Of a stretch of 64,000 nt of DNA, positions 27,301-42,885 are shown in pieces. The stretch comes from Lama glama (Eukaryota): contig CM052818.1 in assembly GCA_028534125.1 (NCBI GenBank), positions 35,032,001-35,096,000 of the forward strand. The letters are read 5' to 3'. The notes below the pieces were generated by a model. The model saw nothing but the letters and a program-made list of their open reading frames with translations. It searched no databases and was not told where the DNA came from. The position numbers and the translations under genes are program-made. Positions within the stretch are counted from its first letter, which is position 1; every line of letters starts with the position of its first letter.

Positions 27301-30152
27301 TCCTTTGTAAAAGTCTTGTTTGAGTCTATTTGGGGTGGTAAATTATCTGTACAAAGTTAACAGTTTTTATTCCACATATTTTGAAGATCCTTTATTATTA
27401 GACATTTTCATGTTTAAAATCTTCCTAGTGGGTTGAACCTTTTTTTAATTTACCTTATCAATCACTGATTAAGTTTTTTACGTAAGGTATCTTTTGTTTG
27501 GTATTAATAGAGGTACGCCAGTTTTCCTATGGTTAGTTTTTGCCTGTATATTTTTCCTTTTTTTCATTTTTGTGGTTCACGTACATTAGATATTTCTTTA
27601 CACAGCATATAGCTGGCTGAATTTTATTTATTTTTAATCCAATATGTAAATCTCTCTTTGGTGAGCTTTTTATTCATTTACATTTATTGTAGTTATTAAT
27701 CTACTTGGACTTTTTTTTCTACAGTCTTATTTTTTTCTGTTGATCTTTGTCCTGATTTCATTTTTCTTGCTTCCTTTTTTTTTTTTAATGAATAAAAAAA
27801 TTGGGGAGGCTTGGCTGAACTTTTTTGCTATTTGTCCATTTTAATTCCTTCATTGTCCTTTTCTCTCTCTGTTGAGTTTGTTATACATTCTATTTCTGTT
27901 CTGCTAGTTCTAGGTGCACATGGTGATATGATATATGTATATAGTGTGAAATGATTACCACAGTTAACATTCATCACCTCACGTAGTTACAATTTTTTTT
28001 TTCCCTCAAGGTGAGAACTTTTAAAATTTATTCACTTAGCAAAAAGTAACCATCTTGATTTTCCTCCAGAACAGTGGGAGTACTCTATAACAATTTAGCA
28101 CTGATCTTTTCTGTCTGGACTTAAATAATAGTATCTGACATGTCTGTTCGTTGTTTTAATCTCACAATCCAGGCACCAGAATACTACTGTTTTATGCAAA
28201 CAGTGATGATGTAGATTCATCTTCATGTCTGTCTTTCTTCATTATATTCCACCCCAGCCTTTTGCAGTGATTTTCCTTCCTGTAGTACAGTTTTTTGAGA
28301 ACTTAATTTAGAGCATGTCTCTTGGCAGTAAACACCCTCAATTTTTTTTCTTTCTGTAAATGTCCTTGTTTCATGTTCATCCTTGAAGGAGAATTTAGTA
28401 TATATACCATTATAGATTCATGGTTATTTTTTCTCAACATTTTATAGTTATCCATTTGTTCTGGATTCCTTTGTTAAGAAGCTTGCTGTTATTTTGTTCC
28501 TTTTAAAGAAATCTTTCCCTTCCTATGGATGCTTTCAAGCTATTTCTTGGTCTTTCATGGACAGTTTACTAAGCTGTGTCTAAGCATGGGTTTCTTTTTA
28601 TCCTGCTTTGAATATGATACGCTTCTAGATCTTTAGGTTTGTGGTTTTCATCAGTTCTGGTAAATGTACTGCTGCAGATTATTTAAATACTGCCTTTTTT
28701 TTTTTTCCATTCTCTTATTTTTTTCTTTCTGGGTCTCCAATCAAGCACTTATTAGACCGTCTCATTCTGTTATTCATGTTTCTGCTAAAACTCTCAAAAT
28801 AGTCTATCTTACCTGTCTTTCCTATATTCTGGATAAATTGTTTGGCCATAACTCCCTCCTCTTTAATCCACTCATAGTATCTGATTTCAACAATTTATAT
28901 CCTATTTTTTGTAGAAATCCCATTTATTTTTTTCAAAGTCTTTGTGTTCATTACTGATTATTTTATTCTCATCTTTACAGTTACATTCTTTTTTTCTTTA
29001 ATCAGTTTATACATAGCTATTTTGTATTCTATATATGTGACATTTTCAGTGGTAGCAGTACTTCTAGGTCTAAATCTTTTATTTCTGATTGCTGTTGACC
29101 CTGTCATAGTGGCATACCTTCTGGTTTGTTGGGCTAATCTTTGTTAGGCAGTGCTAGATTCTAAAATGTAGGAATCCTGTGGGCCTCAGTTAAGGGAAAT
29201 ACTTTTGTATCCAGGGATATTCCTTTTGCTTGTGGCAGGAGCCAGACGTTACATCCTGGATTGTGTAGCTTTTTTCAAGTATTCCTAATTGTAGAGTTTA
29301 TGTGTCCTAGATTCCTATGTACCTTAAAATGTTGCTGTATATTGTTAAGTTTTCTTCTAATAAGATTATACTGATCTCAGCCCCACCAGCAGTATTCGAA
29401 AGTGGTTTTGCTTTTTCCCTGCATAGTCCCATCACTGTATTGCAATATTTGCCATTTGTTAGACCAAAAGATCTTCATTGGTCTAACTGGCATTTCTTTA
29501 AGTATTAATACCTTAGCATCTGTTTATGGTTAGTCAACTGTGAGTTGCCTATTAATTCCTTTTGCTCATTTTTCTCTTGGTGATATTTGTCTTTTTTATA
29601 TTGATTTATAAATGCACTTTTAATAAAATATCAAGAATAGTAACCTTTTCTCATGGCTTGGAAATATTTTTCCAAATTAGCCTTCTATTTAGAATTTTTT
29701 TTCCATTTATATTTTAACCTTTGTATACTCAAATCCATCATTGTTTTGAAAGACTGAAACCTCCTAATTGTGAATAGATTTCCTGTAACTGCTAAGCTAT
29801 TCAATCATGACATTTTTAGCTAATGCAAATTAAAATTGATAAAAATAATTCTCATGGGAAGAGAAAAAGGGCCTCAGTATGATTTATAGAGAGATTTGAA
29901 TTTTTTTATTTTTTAGTCATTCTGTGTTTGTGGCATTTATTATAAACTTCCTCAGTTCAATTTGAGAAATTATCGAGTCTCAAAAGTAAAATGCACTTTC
30001 AGTATGGCAAAAGGTTCACTTTTACAGACCTTATTCCATTTTTGCAGAGAAGATAAATTATATTTTACCCTTTATGAATGAATAAAACTTACTTTGTTTC
30101 ATCTTGGAAGAAATTTCTAAGAACATTAGGTATTACCTTCTTCACAGTGTGA

Positions 30153-30434
<282 letters not shown>

Positions 30435-32374
30435 TAACTTCAGGCACGTTAGCAGTTTTATAACTCTGCTGCAGCTTCCTTCAATGATCACCTTTAGAAC
30501 TACTTAGACTTTTAAAGTGGCTTTTTATGTATACCTGTAAAGAAGTGGCATCAAAGATATTAGACAAGAAATAATATTTTTTTGGTAAGTGTTCTTAATA
30601 GGTTGGCCCTGTAAGGCTTTATAAAGGGAAAGAACCCTCTTATCTGAATGTCAGGATTATGGTAAATTATAAAAATTATATAAAATTTGTCTAGTTATTG
30701 TATTAGGGTGTAGACATCCATAGAATACAGTTCAGGAGGTTAATTTGTTAATTTAATTCTTTAAATTAACAGTTAATTAAGAAATTAAACAGGGTTTTTT
30801 GAATGGATTTTTTTGAAAGGGTTAGGAATATTAATTATTTTTTATTCTTTTGTTAAATTTTTCTAAAACAAACACTCGTTGCTTTAATAATAACTTTAAA
30901 AATCCAATATAAGTTATACTCATTAAAGAAAAAGGGAGCTTGACAAAATATGAAAGGTTTAGAAGAGTTTGGGCAGGGACTGGAGTAGTTTAGGTTGGTC
31001 AGAAGTAAAGTAAAGGTCCGAGACTTAGGCTTCCATCAGAGAGAGAGTGACTGGCATGTCACCCCTCCTTTTTGATCTTCTGTTTCCTCCTCTGCAAAAG
31101 GAAGATAAGATCATCATGGTTTTGTAAGATTTGTTCGATTCTGAGACTTTTTAAATTATGATCATTTCTAAATACCTACTGTGTTCTAAGTAATTTGTTA
31201 GGCTCTCCTCCTTTTTTCTAGTCATTATAAAAACAAGATGAAAGGGAGTTGCTTTCCCTGATTTACAATGAGAAAACTAGATCTATTTCCTAGTTTATAG
31301 TAAGATTAATGGAGTGCAAGTAAGTTATACAAATCATTACAGTTAATTGACTATACAGTCAAAACTAAATCTTTGTCATTCTGAAAATCATCTTTCTACT
31401 GGGCTGTATTGATACCAATTTCATTTTGCTGTGAATTAGCACATGTAAAAGCAGATCAGCTTCCATTTCTGGGGAGTCCAAAGAAGTCAAGTATCCTACC
31501 AGCAGTAGGGACAAAGAAGTAAGTAAAACTGATCCTTCCCAGTTACTGTTCTCCTCACCTTCATACTTCGGGAGAAATTACAGCTTTGGGGATGCCCAGT
31601 TTTGGTTTGAAACAAGTTAGGAGACAGGTTTTGGCAGAATTTTTAGAGAATGTCTCTTCTTGCTAGGGATTGCTCACACCTCTTTTAAAGACTCAAGTTT
31701 TTAGGTTGGGAATAATACACAGGACCTAACGGAGGGTCTGTCCGTAGAACTCTAGTGCAAGTTTCTCAGAACTGTCTTGACTACTGGCCTTCATCCTCTC
31801 TTAGAAGGAGGATTGCCACGTGTAATTTTGGAATTAAAAAGGGCCTTGGAGCTTACCCAGCTTTCCATTGAGTGCGGTCCTGTAAGGTTACTCGCCTGTC
31901 TTTTTCAGTTCCTATGGTGGGAACACAGTATCTGAGAAATACTGCCCTTATGTATAGGGAGTATGGAGTTTATTAGTGAAATTCTACTCCATTATCAGAT
32001 GAAATTTGGAGTTTATCAAAAATTCTGGTTATTACTAGCATGAAACAATATTGGAGTGTATGTACCCAACAATGAACAATGGAAAAACATTATTTAGACC
32101 AGAGAAGGGAATAAGGGAGAGGCATGGATTAAGACACCTCTGTTCAGATTTATTTGAAGCTCTGTCTATGGAAGAGGTAAACTTCTTTGTTTCTCCAAAA
32201 AGCCGATTTGGGGTTAAAATAACTTTTTTTTTAAACAATTGGAGCTATTAAATTGTAGAATGGATTGACTCATTTTGAAGTAACTTGCTGAGCACAGGAA
32301 TATTCAAGGAGAGGTTGGATGACCTGTTCTCATAGGGAAGCCTGTTACTCCTCTGCCAAATCTATAAGTACAAG

Positions 32375-32603
32375 TCAGCAGTCAGCAAACTATAGCCCAC
32401 AGACCAATTTCAGCCCACTGTCTGTTTTTGTAAATAAAGTTTTATTGGCGTACAGTGAGTCCCATTAGTTCGCATATTGCTTATACCTACTTTCATGCTA
32501 CAATGGCAGAGTTGAGTAGTTGCAACAGAGACCATATGGCCTGCAAAGCCTAAAATATTTGTAGTCATCCCTTAATGGAAAAGTTTACCAATTTCTGCTC
32601 TAG
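32375..32603. mobile_element. MER58A-like hAT DNA transposon
   Basis: gtcagcaaactatagcccacagaccaa...tttttgtaaataaagttttattgg...gagttgagtagttgcaacagagacc...gcctgcaaagcctaaaatattt. Confidence 0.85.
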
Positions 32604-34282
32604 AGCCTGGGGGAAATAATGTTGGCCCAGATAGATTTAGAAAGTAAAGTGAGTTGAAGTCCTTAGGGATTCCTTGAATCCCTAGGATGTCCAAATAGTT
32701 ACCTAAATTTTCTTCAAAAAATTGTGACTTAAAACTTATACTTAGGTTTTTAATCCATCTAGAATATTTTTATATTGCTCTGAAATTGTGGTTCAGCTTT
32801 ATTTTCTACTGACTAGATAGCCAGTTGTTCCAGCACTACATATTTTTATAACTGTCTTTTTGCAATTTGTAATACCATCTTTGTTACGCATTCTTTTCAT
32901 TTATATGCAGTATGTATTTATAGGCACTCTCTCCTCTTTCACTAGTTTCTTGTTCACTAATGCTAATAATAATAATTTTCATTGCAGTGGCTTTGTGTAG
33001 TATGTTTAATAATTGGAAAGGCAATTCCCCCCTCTCAGTTTTCCGTATTAATTTTTTTTCCATATGAACTTTAATATTTTATTAATGAAAAGTCTGCATA
33101 GGGATTCTGGTAGGAATCTAGATATTAACTTTGAGGAGAATAGCAACTTTAGTAAGTTTTTTCACCTAAGTTTTTTTAGACCTTGTGTTTTAGATCCTTA
33201 AATAAGATCTTATGGTTTTAAACCAAGATAGGCAATCCAAAATTGTAGTGCAAAGAAGAATCTTAAAACTTTTTGTCAAGACATCACAAATCAAGTCAGT
33301 AGACAGATAGATTGGGGGAAATATTTTTAAATTATATAACAACTTCACTATGTATAACATGCAAAGATTTTTACAAGATAGTTAAAAATAAGCAGCCTCA
33401 AAGAAAAATGAGCAAATGAAATTGGCATTTCAGTAGGCAAATCTGAGTATTCAATAAACATGCAAAAGGATACACAAAACTCTCGTAGTCGGGATGAAGG
33501 AAATTTTTTTTATCATCTCACACCCATTAATAGCCAACAATTAAATCGCATGTTAACATCTCTTGGTCACAGGGAAAAGAGTATGCTCATATATTTCTAG
33601 TAGGAATGTGAATTGTTTTAGCCTTTTTGGAAAATAATCTAACAATCTTTAATTACATACACACAAATATTTCTTTGCTTTCAGAACCTATCCCAGAGAA
33701 ATACAAGCACCTAGTATATTCATCTTTACTGGAATGCTTATTGCAGCTTTGTTGATTATGGGAAAACACTGAAAACAAAGTGTATTATGGTTAGGAAACT
33801 GGTAAATGAATTGAGGGACATTTATACAATAAAACAGTCCACAGCTATTATACAGAAGTTAAAGCTATGCCAGTTGACTTGGAGAGACTTCCACATTGTT
33901 ATTATGTGAGAAAAAAGTAAGTTTCAGAATAATGTATGTAACTTGGTCACAGTTTTATAAAACAAATAATGAACCTCTCAGAAAAAAACCTCTTACCTGT
34001 ATATTTATTTGCAGATGACTCTTTGAGAATAATTAATCAATGGGGAATGAAATTGAAAGGCAAGGAAGGGAGGAGAGGTAAAGAATAAAAAAAATTTTAG
34101 AAAGAAATAATATTACATTATAAAATAGAAGTATCCGTAATAAGCAGCATGGTATGATATAGTCATGTTTCTAATAAAATTTAATGTACATACATTGTTT
34201 TCTAAAAAGACAGGAAAGTCAAATTCCACATGATACATTTGGCTTTCTGTCTAAGCTTTCTGTGGCTTATTCTTTGACCCAG

Positions 34283-34379
34283 GTTGGTCCAGATGGTCTG
34301 ATGAAGTTAAATGGCTCAGCCCTTAACAATGAGTTCTTCACTTCAGCAGCACAAGGCTGGAAGGAAAGACTTTCAGAAG
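34283..34379 (+). CDS. ASXL2: ASXL2 coding exon (probable exon 10), DEUBAD with NEF motif
   Basis: acccag|[38 protein letters not shown]; donor AAG|gtaagt; 97 nt, phase 0 to 1. Confidence 0.98.
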
Positions 34380-36760
34380 GTAAGTGTCAGCTTCACATGT
34401 CACCTAGGATGTGTATGCACTTGGACAGCATGTTGGCACCCCTGCACCTCAGTGGGTATTTGCCCAGTTTTGGAAGATAAAGGACAGGATGTTTTGTAGG
34501 CTAGAACTAGCTATTCAATGTGGAGCACATTGCTAGACTTTTATCTAGAGCATGTGACTAGGTTTAGCTCCAGATGGAGTCCAGCAACGTGTTCTCTTAA
34601 GGATTTAAAGTCACCTGGGAAACTTATAAAGTACTGACTTCTAGACCCTATTCCTAAAGAGTGATCATTAATTCTAGCTTAATGCCTAGGAACTGAAATT
34701 TTAATAAGCAGAATATATAGAATTAGAGTTATTTTATGGTGCTGTGAATCATGGTTTGGAAAGCAGTGAGATAACTTCTTACTGCCCAGTCTCAAACTAA
34801 CAGTAAAAAGAGTCACTAAGAACATTTTTTTCAAAAACTGCTATATTAAGAACTGTTTCACATACTGTAAAATTCACCCATTTGAAGTGTACATTTCAGT
34901 GGCAGTAAGAACATTTTAATAAATACAGATTGTGACCAAGAATTTCACTGATCTGCCATGTATGCCATGTTTTCAGTGCTGACCTAACAGATTCACTGAG
35001 GGTAAATTATAAAGCATAACAAATTGAGTGATTAGTGGCATTTGTCCAGCGTGTAGCATCAGTTGCTATCAGCATTTCTTAACCCTGACTGCTCATTATA
35101 ATCAATTGTGGTATTTTTAAAAGTATTGACTCCCAGACCCCACTCTCAATGATTTTACTTTCCCTGAGCTTCAGTGTTCTTTTTTTTTTTTTTAATTTCC
35201 CCCAAATGATACCAGTATTCAGCCATTATTAAAATCACTGACTGTATTATTTTTATTTCAAATATTATGTTTGTTTTTCAGTACACATGGAATACAGAGT
35301 AACATTTGAAAAGCCATATGAAGTTTTACCAAGGAATAGCTTGTGAAAACAAGTGTGAGAACCTTTGAGATAAATACATTTTTAAGAAGGGCTATTTAAG
35401 GGATACTGTTCATTGCTGACTTTTTATTAGATCACTGACAATTAGAGTTAATTAACCAGCTAATTAATATCTATATTTTTCATTGTAATTGATGATTTTT
35501 CCCTTCCTGTTTTTCTTTTTAGGGCAAATTCTGTGTAGAAGGTCATCTCTTGCTGATTACTTTTGACCTTTCAATCTTTCTTAAAGATTTCCTTCAGCAG
35601 AGAGACTCCCTTTTTCTGAAAGAATCAAAATCACATAAGCTCTTTAAAACATACCTGTTACCAGTACCTTTCTTTAAGGATAATTTGGATTTATGCCTCC
35701 TGTCTCCCAGCTTTTTAAAGTAGTTATTATCAACAGTGAAACCTTGATTGTTGTCAGTGTTAACTTTTCTTTTTTGCATATGACTAGTGACTGCTATAGC
35801 TATAGTCATGCGATCATATTTTATGAGCAGCAGGAACTTTGTACACAGGTGAACAGCGTTTAGTATTGTTTATTCCTCATTCTATCATGCACAGAAGACT
35901 CAACCAAAGAGCAGAAGTTCTGGGTTGGATTCTGACAGCCAAATTCCTTTTCTCCCACTCCTATGCCCAGGACTGTGATAGCCACACTTTTCCTTTCCCT
36001 TGTCTTATCCGCAGGAGGTCTTAAACTTCAAATCTACCATTTCTACCTCGTAATCTCTGATGTCCTGGGTATTAGAGAATAAAAGGAACAGCCTATCTGA
36101 GCCACAGGTTTGAAGATGGCCTATGAAGCACATTCACTCTTTTCTGCTGATGGAGTGAGAAGGATTGAGGTGGTTGCTAGTAAAGGAAAATAAATGGCAT
36201 ATTCAGAGCAGCTGGGTCTTTGGCGTATTGAGTATCTTATTACCAGGGCACTAGACTGGTACAATTTCTGGAACAGTTATAAAATTGACAACTCCGAAAT
36301 AACTCCCTACCTTTTTACTGGAACCTCAAATGCCTTTAAGCAAGAGCATAGCTGTTCATTATTCACTTAGAGCTAAAAGGCCTAAAATATAAGTTGCCTT
36401 GGGTAAACAGAACTTTTAAATAATAAAATATCCAGTGGCATTGTTTACTGAAAGCACATAGCTGTTTTTCCAGTGGAAAAGAAATGAACAGACTCAAGGT
36501 TATTGATAAAACAAATCTGTGTTGAATATGATGCTTGGAGCAGGAGGGAGGTGCTACAAGGAAAGCCCAGAGGAAAGGCCGCAGTTAACCTCAGCTGAGT
36601 GCTGCAAACTACATGAAATGGTATGCAAGTATTTCTATTTCACCTGATGGAGCTTAGGTAGTTCTTCCTTAAGTGAGTGAGGAATTTGGGGAAATTTCTG
36701 TTACTTTCACATGGTAGTATAAGGACTCCTGCAGGATTCATTCATGTTTACAAACAGTAA

Positions 36761-36931
<171 letters not shown>

Positions 36932-38444
36932 TAATATCAAGACAGGTTCTGTAAACCAAATGTTAATTCCTATACATGTGGTCTGTTTACCTTTCCGGAA
37001 AATCTAGTTTACCGTTTCCTTCCATTTTTTACATCAGTTATTTTATATTAAGGAAATTTTTTCTTCTTACGAATCTTAGATGCACGGAACAGGACTCCTC
37101 ATAATCCTTGACTCTTGACACATTCCCATTGTGGGTGGTATGGTTTCTTTAAAAAAAAAAATCAAGATTTAATTGTCTTGAATGAGTCCCTTTCTTTGAA
37201 TAGATTGGCTTTTCTTCCAGTAACTTTATAATTTAGAAGAATACTGAAGTTCTGTACATTTTTATAGTAGTCAATTATCCCACAATAGGGTATCTTATCT
37301 AGAATCACTGAGCAATCCTAGGAATCCTGTAATACGGTCCATCATACCCAACATGTAATCAAACGGCCCTTCCTCCGAAGAAGGCACTCTGGGAGATATG
37401 CATAGCTAAATCAAGATACAAACTCTTTTTGCAAGGGGCTGTAGTCTAAGTTGGTTTTTTTTTTTTTAATCTGACAAAAAAACTTTACTGAAATCTTAAA
37501 AGGAGACACGTAAACAGATGATAGTGGAGCTGTACTGTTCGAAGTAGAATTGAACACCCAGAGTCTTATTTGTTATTCTCACTTCCTTCCTTATGTCTAC
37601 CTAATGGCAGCCTTTAAGGAGACTCTGTAACCACCGCTTGAGAACTAATGGCTCTTTCCTTATCTCCGAGTAGTGTTCATTGATCTCCTTCATGGTCGTT
37701 TCGAGAGTGGTTCTTACTGAGATGGAGACCCCCATACACTGATTTTCTACCTTCTTGGTATGAGCTTTGAGCTCTTCTATAGAAATGATGGTGAATACAT
37801 TTAGACTATTATTACAGGTAGTAATTATTCCATTGAATATTGTTCATTCCTTCCTTATTAAGCAGATGGAGCATTATGGCAGTTGTTGGGTTTTTCTATT
37901 ACTTTTTGCCAGCTTTTTTGAAGGACTATATTTGATTACTATCCAGTTTTGTCCATAGCTATTCCATCTCAGGGGCACAGTACTGATTATTTGAAGTCTC
38001 CAAAAAGAGCAGTCTTGTTTTTGCTTGTTATACAGTATTCTAAGATACTAGGAGAAGTCTGTAGTAACCACTACAGGGTAGCCTGGCTCTTAGCCAGGCC
38101 ACATTATGGAAGTCCCAATTGGCCTTCACTCTTAGGATAACTCAGAGGCACTTAATCTCAGAATTTTAGAGCTATGCCAAGTGAAATTTAAACATGCTTT
38201 CCCTAAACTCAAGAGTTCTGATTTCCAACCTCCTGAGAACACCGACCGACAACTCTCCTGTTGTCTCCTTGGGGCCCCTTAGATTTCTTGGGCCAGCCTC
38301 TCTACAGGCACTGCAGGGCAGAGTTGATCACAGTCCAGACACACAATCCCAGAATGCATGGTCTTTGTCTTCTTTTACTTCTCTGTGGGTAGTCTGTGAT
38401 ACATGCCTCTAGACAGTGTAGCCCCTTTGTAAGCAGAAGTAATA

Positions 38445-38670
38445 ATAATAATTAACATTATATTGAGCTTTTATTATGTACTAGGTACTGTTCTGAGTAC
38501 TTTACATGCATTAACTTAGTTATTCATCAGAGCAGCACTGTGAAGTGATTAGCCTCAGTGTACAGTTAAAGAAACTGACGTAGAGAAGGCTAGTCACTTA
38601 GTATCACATGGTTAGTAGGTATCACAGCTAGGAGTTGAATCTAGGCACTCTGGCTCCAGACCCTTCACTA
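38445..38670. mobile_element. MIR SINE
   Basis: attgagcttttattatgtactaggtactgttctgag...gaaactgacgtagagaagg...tgaatctaggcactctggctccaga. Confidence 0.75.
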
Positions 38671-38817
38671 ATAATAGTAATAGTGAAGATAATATATGAA
38701 GACTACCTACTAAGTGTCAGGGGTTCTGCTAGGCATTGCCATATACCATTATCTCATAATGCCTTTAATAGCAGGGGCCATTTCTCAACTACAATATTTC
38801 TGTCTTCTGCCTTTTAG

Positions 38818-39532
38818 CTCTGGCTTGAGCCTTGAAGATTCAAAGAAATTGATGGCCTCACCCAGCAATCCCAAAGTAAAGAAAATCCCAGCTGAGCAAC
38901 CAAAATCCATGCTTCCTTCAGAGGGCTCTCCTGTCAGTATAGTCCCAGTAATTCCCCAGTTAGAGTCTAAAGAAGTACTGCAAATGCCATCACCAGTCAG
39001 AAACGAAGAGCATGAAAGCCAAGATAAGATGCAGCCAAACTCCAAACCCACAGAACCCCTACTTTCCTCAGCTACCAACACAAATGAGCTTATCAGTATT
39101 CCTCCCACCAAGTGCCCAAAGGATGAGGCTCTCTTGGAGCAGAAGCCAGTTGCTTCTGCTGAACAGGAGTCTGAAAAAGAGAATCATCTCACTACAACTT
39201 CAAATTATAACAAAAATGAAAGCCAAGAAGCTTTAAGTACATCTCCAAGCAAACCCAAGAGTCCTGGGGTGGAAAAAACAGTCATGAAGCCCGTAGTAGA
39301 AGCAGGTCCGCAGGAGACCACTGTGAAAGAGCCTCCATCAAGTCTGGCTGATCACAGCCCAGAAAGCCTCAAGAGGAAGTCTTCTCTCACCCAAGAAGAG
39401 GTCCCTGCAGGCTGGGAGAAAAGGCCACGTGTCACTGAGAATCGCCAGCACCAGCAGCCATTTCCAGTCTCCCCGCAGCCCTTTCTCAGTAGAGGGGACA
39501 GGATCCAGGGCCGGAAAGTACCTCCTCTCAAG
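38818..39532 (+). CDS. ASXL2: ASXL2 coding exon (probable exon 12), disordered region
   Basis: ttttag|C TCT GGC; (S)[22 protein letters not shown]...[13 protein letters not shown]; donor AAG|gtaaga; 715 nt, phase 2 to 0; lies inside ORF 38714..39652. Confidence 0.97.
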
Positions 39533-42500
39533 GTAAGAGAGTGGGAAGAATTGAAAAAGAGAGATGGTCTCAACACTAAGTTTTTGGTCGTCCCTACTAA
39601 ATTTCACGTGTTTGTGGTTTTTCTGAATGCAGAAGCAGTTGTATATATTTGATATTCATGTAACTGTGGTCATATATGAGTAAAATTAAACAGGGATTTA
39701 GAACTGCTTTCTTACAGATCTGTACTCTGTTGGTGTTTGAATAAGCAAGGTACCTGGATAGCTAATGTAATCCACCTCCGCTCACCCCTCTGCTGGCTAC
39801 TCTTGTATTTTAATACAGTTATGAAAATCTCATGTGACAAAATAAGTATAGTAAGAAACATGAAAAGGTCATTGGTGTGGTTAAGAGATCTTATTGTTCC
39901 AAGAGCCATATTTAAGTGTACCTTGGTCTTTTCTTAGTGCCATAACTGATTTGATGTTCTGAGGCTCTAGAACTACCTTTTTTGTTCCATCCTTTTAAAG
40001 GAAATGTTTGTGGCTGCCATGAGTCACCACTGGTTACTTGAAGGACTTTTAGTAAGAAGGAAACTCTTGCTTAGGATGTGTGATTAGTTTATGTTCTAGC
40101 CTTATATTGCTGCATGTCAGAACTTTTAAATTTCTATAGCAGTGTCATTATCTTAGTATATACCTGGGCTGTGCCTAATACCAGTTTGCAGTTCATTCTT
40201 CATTTAATAAATAGTATTAATTTATTAATGCATTTTATTAGTAGTATTTATTAATACTATTGTGTCTACTATGAGCCCAGGCACTGGGTATTTTTCATTC
40301 ACATTAGGATATAAGTAGAAAAATAAGCCAAATAGAAGTACTTTTTTTCCCTTTTTTATTTAACATTTAAGTTCTGCCTGGAAACATCCCTTGGAAACAG
40401 TTGCTAGAATTTGACCTGTTTCGTACACTGAGACTCTTCTTTCTCATTTTGCTTCTTATTACTAATAGTATGATGTTCTCTGTTACTTTTTAATTTTAAG
40501 ATGTGTGGTTTCAACACTCAGGAATTTCTCTCCCCCCCCCTCCATTTTTCTACCATTAACATATGCAACATATACTATCAGGCTTTGCCAGAGATTTTGA
40601 TTTTTAAGATAGTCACTTTTATTATTCATCTTTTAAAAATATTAGAAACCTTTCTCTACTGCATGTCAGCTTATCTCCAGACCTGACCTGAAAGCTGAGT
40701 TACAGTTAAGGTTTTACTTTATATAAATGACACTTGGTGAGAACCGTCATTTCTGTTTCCTCATCCATCTGCTTCCTGCTAATCCAAAGAGGCTCTACAC
40801 TGAAAACTTAAATCCACTATGACCACGTTAATGTTACTTAACTTTTTTCCTTTTTTTTAAACTTCTCCTTCCTCATTTCTCTAAAAAAGACTTTCTAAAA
40901 AACAAATTGCATTAGTAACTCTCTTACCGTAGACCCTATCTCAAAATCCTGCTTTCTTAGACAAAGTTCAACATAATTCATAACAGAACAGAATCTTTTA
41001 AACAAAACTTAAATAGAAAAAATTTGAATTTTATTACAAATGGTATATGTATATGTGTATAAAAATTACATGCACATGTCCTATATATATGCATATCTAT
41101 AGTATAAAATGTGCATATATATGCATAGCGAGAGATGTAAAACTCAGACATTGTATATTTTCCATTCAGTATACGTTTGTAACAGAAAGAATCTGATTCC
41201 TTTGGTGTACCAGGGCAGAGCTTTTCAATAAGTTAAAATTGTTGAATTTTTATCAGTGCCCAGAAAACCTTGAGTGGTTTTTGTACATAAAAAAGTACAA
41301 CATCTCATTTATTCCACATAAACAAATAATAGGACTGTTACATAAATAACTAAAAAGTATTATTTTTAAGCATTAAAACTTAACTACTTTTAATGATTGT
41401 TATTTAATGAACATGTTATTAATGATTTTCAGTCATTATGATAAATATCATTTATTGTGCTTGATATGTTGTTATGCTCAAGATTATTCTAATGTAAGAT
41501 TATTTGTCCCATATATATATACAATTCCTTTAAACAACTGTGTGTTTTACGTTCTTGTTTTTAATTGTCTAGTTTTATCTGTTTTTTTCTCCTTATTAGT
41601 GGTCTCCTCTAGATGGTGTTACCAAAGGGCAACAATTGCTTCCCCTTTGAGCAGCTTCTAAAATGCTGTGTGCAGTTGGGTATGAAATAGTTTCAGCTTT
41701 AAAAGAGGGATTAAGTACATCTCATGATGCAAAATATGTGGACTTTGTGACAGATGTTACACAATCCTACAGCTCTAACTTCTAAATGACAGAGAATTTT
41801 TCAGGGCTGTTGACCTTTTCAGAAATGGGTATTGCAAATAATGAAAAACCTTTAATGACATTATTATTCTCAATTTAAGGAGTTCCAGAAAGATGACATG
41901 CATTTTCTTGGGGCTCAGTGGCTTAATTTTTTTTTTTTAATGAAATACCCTAGAACATCTATAACACTTACTTGCTGTTTTAAACTCTACCAGCTACTAG
42001 AAGGTCCAGCTATTGATGCACTCTGATTAATTTCAGTAGGTTTCAAAATATTGTTTTGAACAGGAGTCACATTCATTTCAGATGTAGTATTTTGTGATAT
42101 GAAAATCAGTGGTTTCAAACCTAGTGAGGCATCAGAATCTCCTAAGAAGCTTTTTGGAAATGCATCGTTTCTCTAAGAGTGCTAATTTGCGATTTTAGGA
42201 ATAGGGCTTTGAGCACGTACAGTTTTTTTAAAACTCAACAAATAAGTATAATGCCAGCAGGGAATGAGAATGACTTTGGTAAACTTTATAGACATTAGGT
42301 ACATACTCCTTTATATGGGTGGGCAGCATGGATCACATACTGTCTTCCTTCCAGTGCTGTCTAGAATTTGTGCTGCCTCTGTAATTTGAGGTAACTCAGC
42401 CTTATGCTATGTGTGTGTGTGAGTGTGTAAAGGAGAAGAGAACAAGAATTTTCCTCTGGACCTTGTTAGTAGAGCCAAGAAGTAAGACAGTAATTATGTT

Positions 42501-42885
42501 CTTCTACTTTTTTTCTGTTTCTCTCTCTTTTCTTTTACACACGTTTTAAAATGCAGATACCATAGAAAGGTCAGTGTCTTAAATAATCAACTGATGTTAG
42601 TAGTGGTGACATTCGGAGAGAGTTGTATTGAGAAAAGAGGTTTGAGACTTTTGGATGGGAGTGGAGGTTGAGGAGCGTCATTGGCACCAGTAGAGGAGGT
42701 GGAAGGACCCTAAAGCAAACCTGTGTTACTGTCTCCATGGTTTGGTCCCTTAGCCACAGGCCTCCCGTCCTTGTCACAAGTGTCACATTGTTCACCATAC
42801 TCTAAGAATTTAAGCCTTAATGAAGTTTTGTTACTTTTATAAATGAAAACTAAGCTCTGTTGTTTTTCCTCCCTAATTCTTTCAG

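Noticed and set aside
38714..39652. 312-aa ORF as a standalone gene or retained-intron isoform
   Set aside because: It is the 715-nt exon plus chance read-through into both introns; strong splice sites bound the exon and nothing supports retention.
42860..42885. TTG start of the 192-aa ORF as an independent gene start
   Set aside because: It lies in the intron's pyrimidine tract; the ORF is meaningful only downstream of the acceptor as the TF frame.
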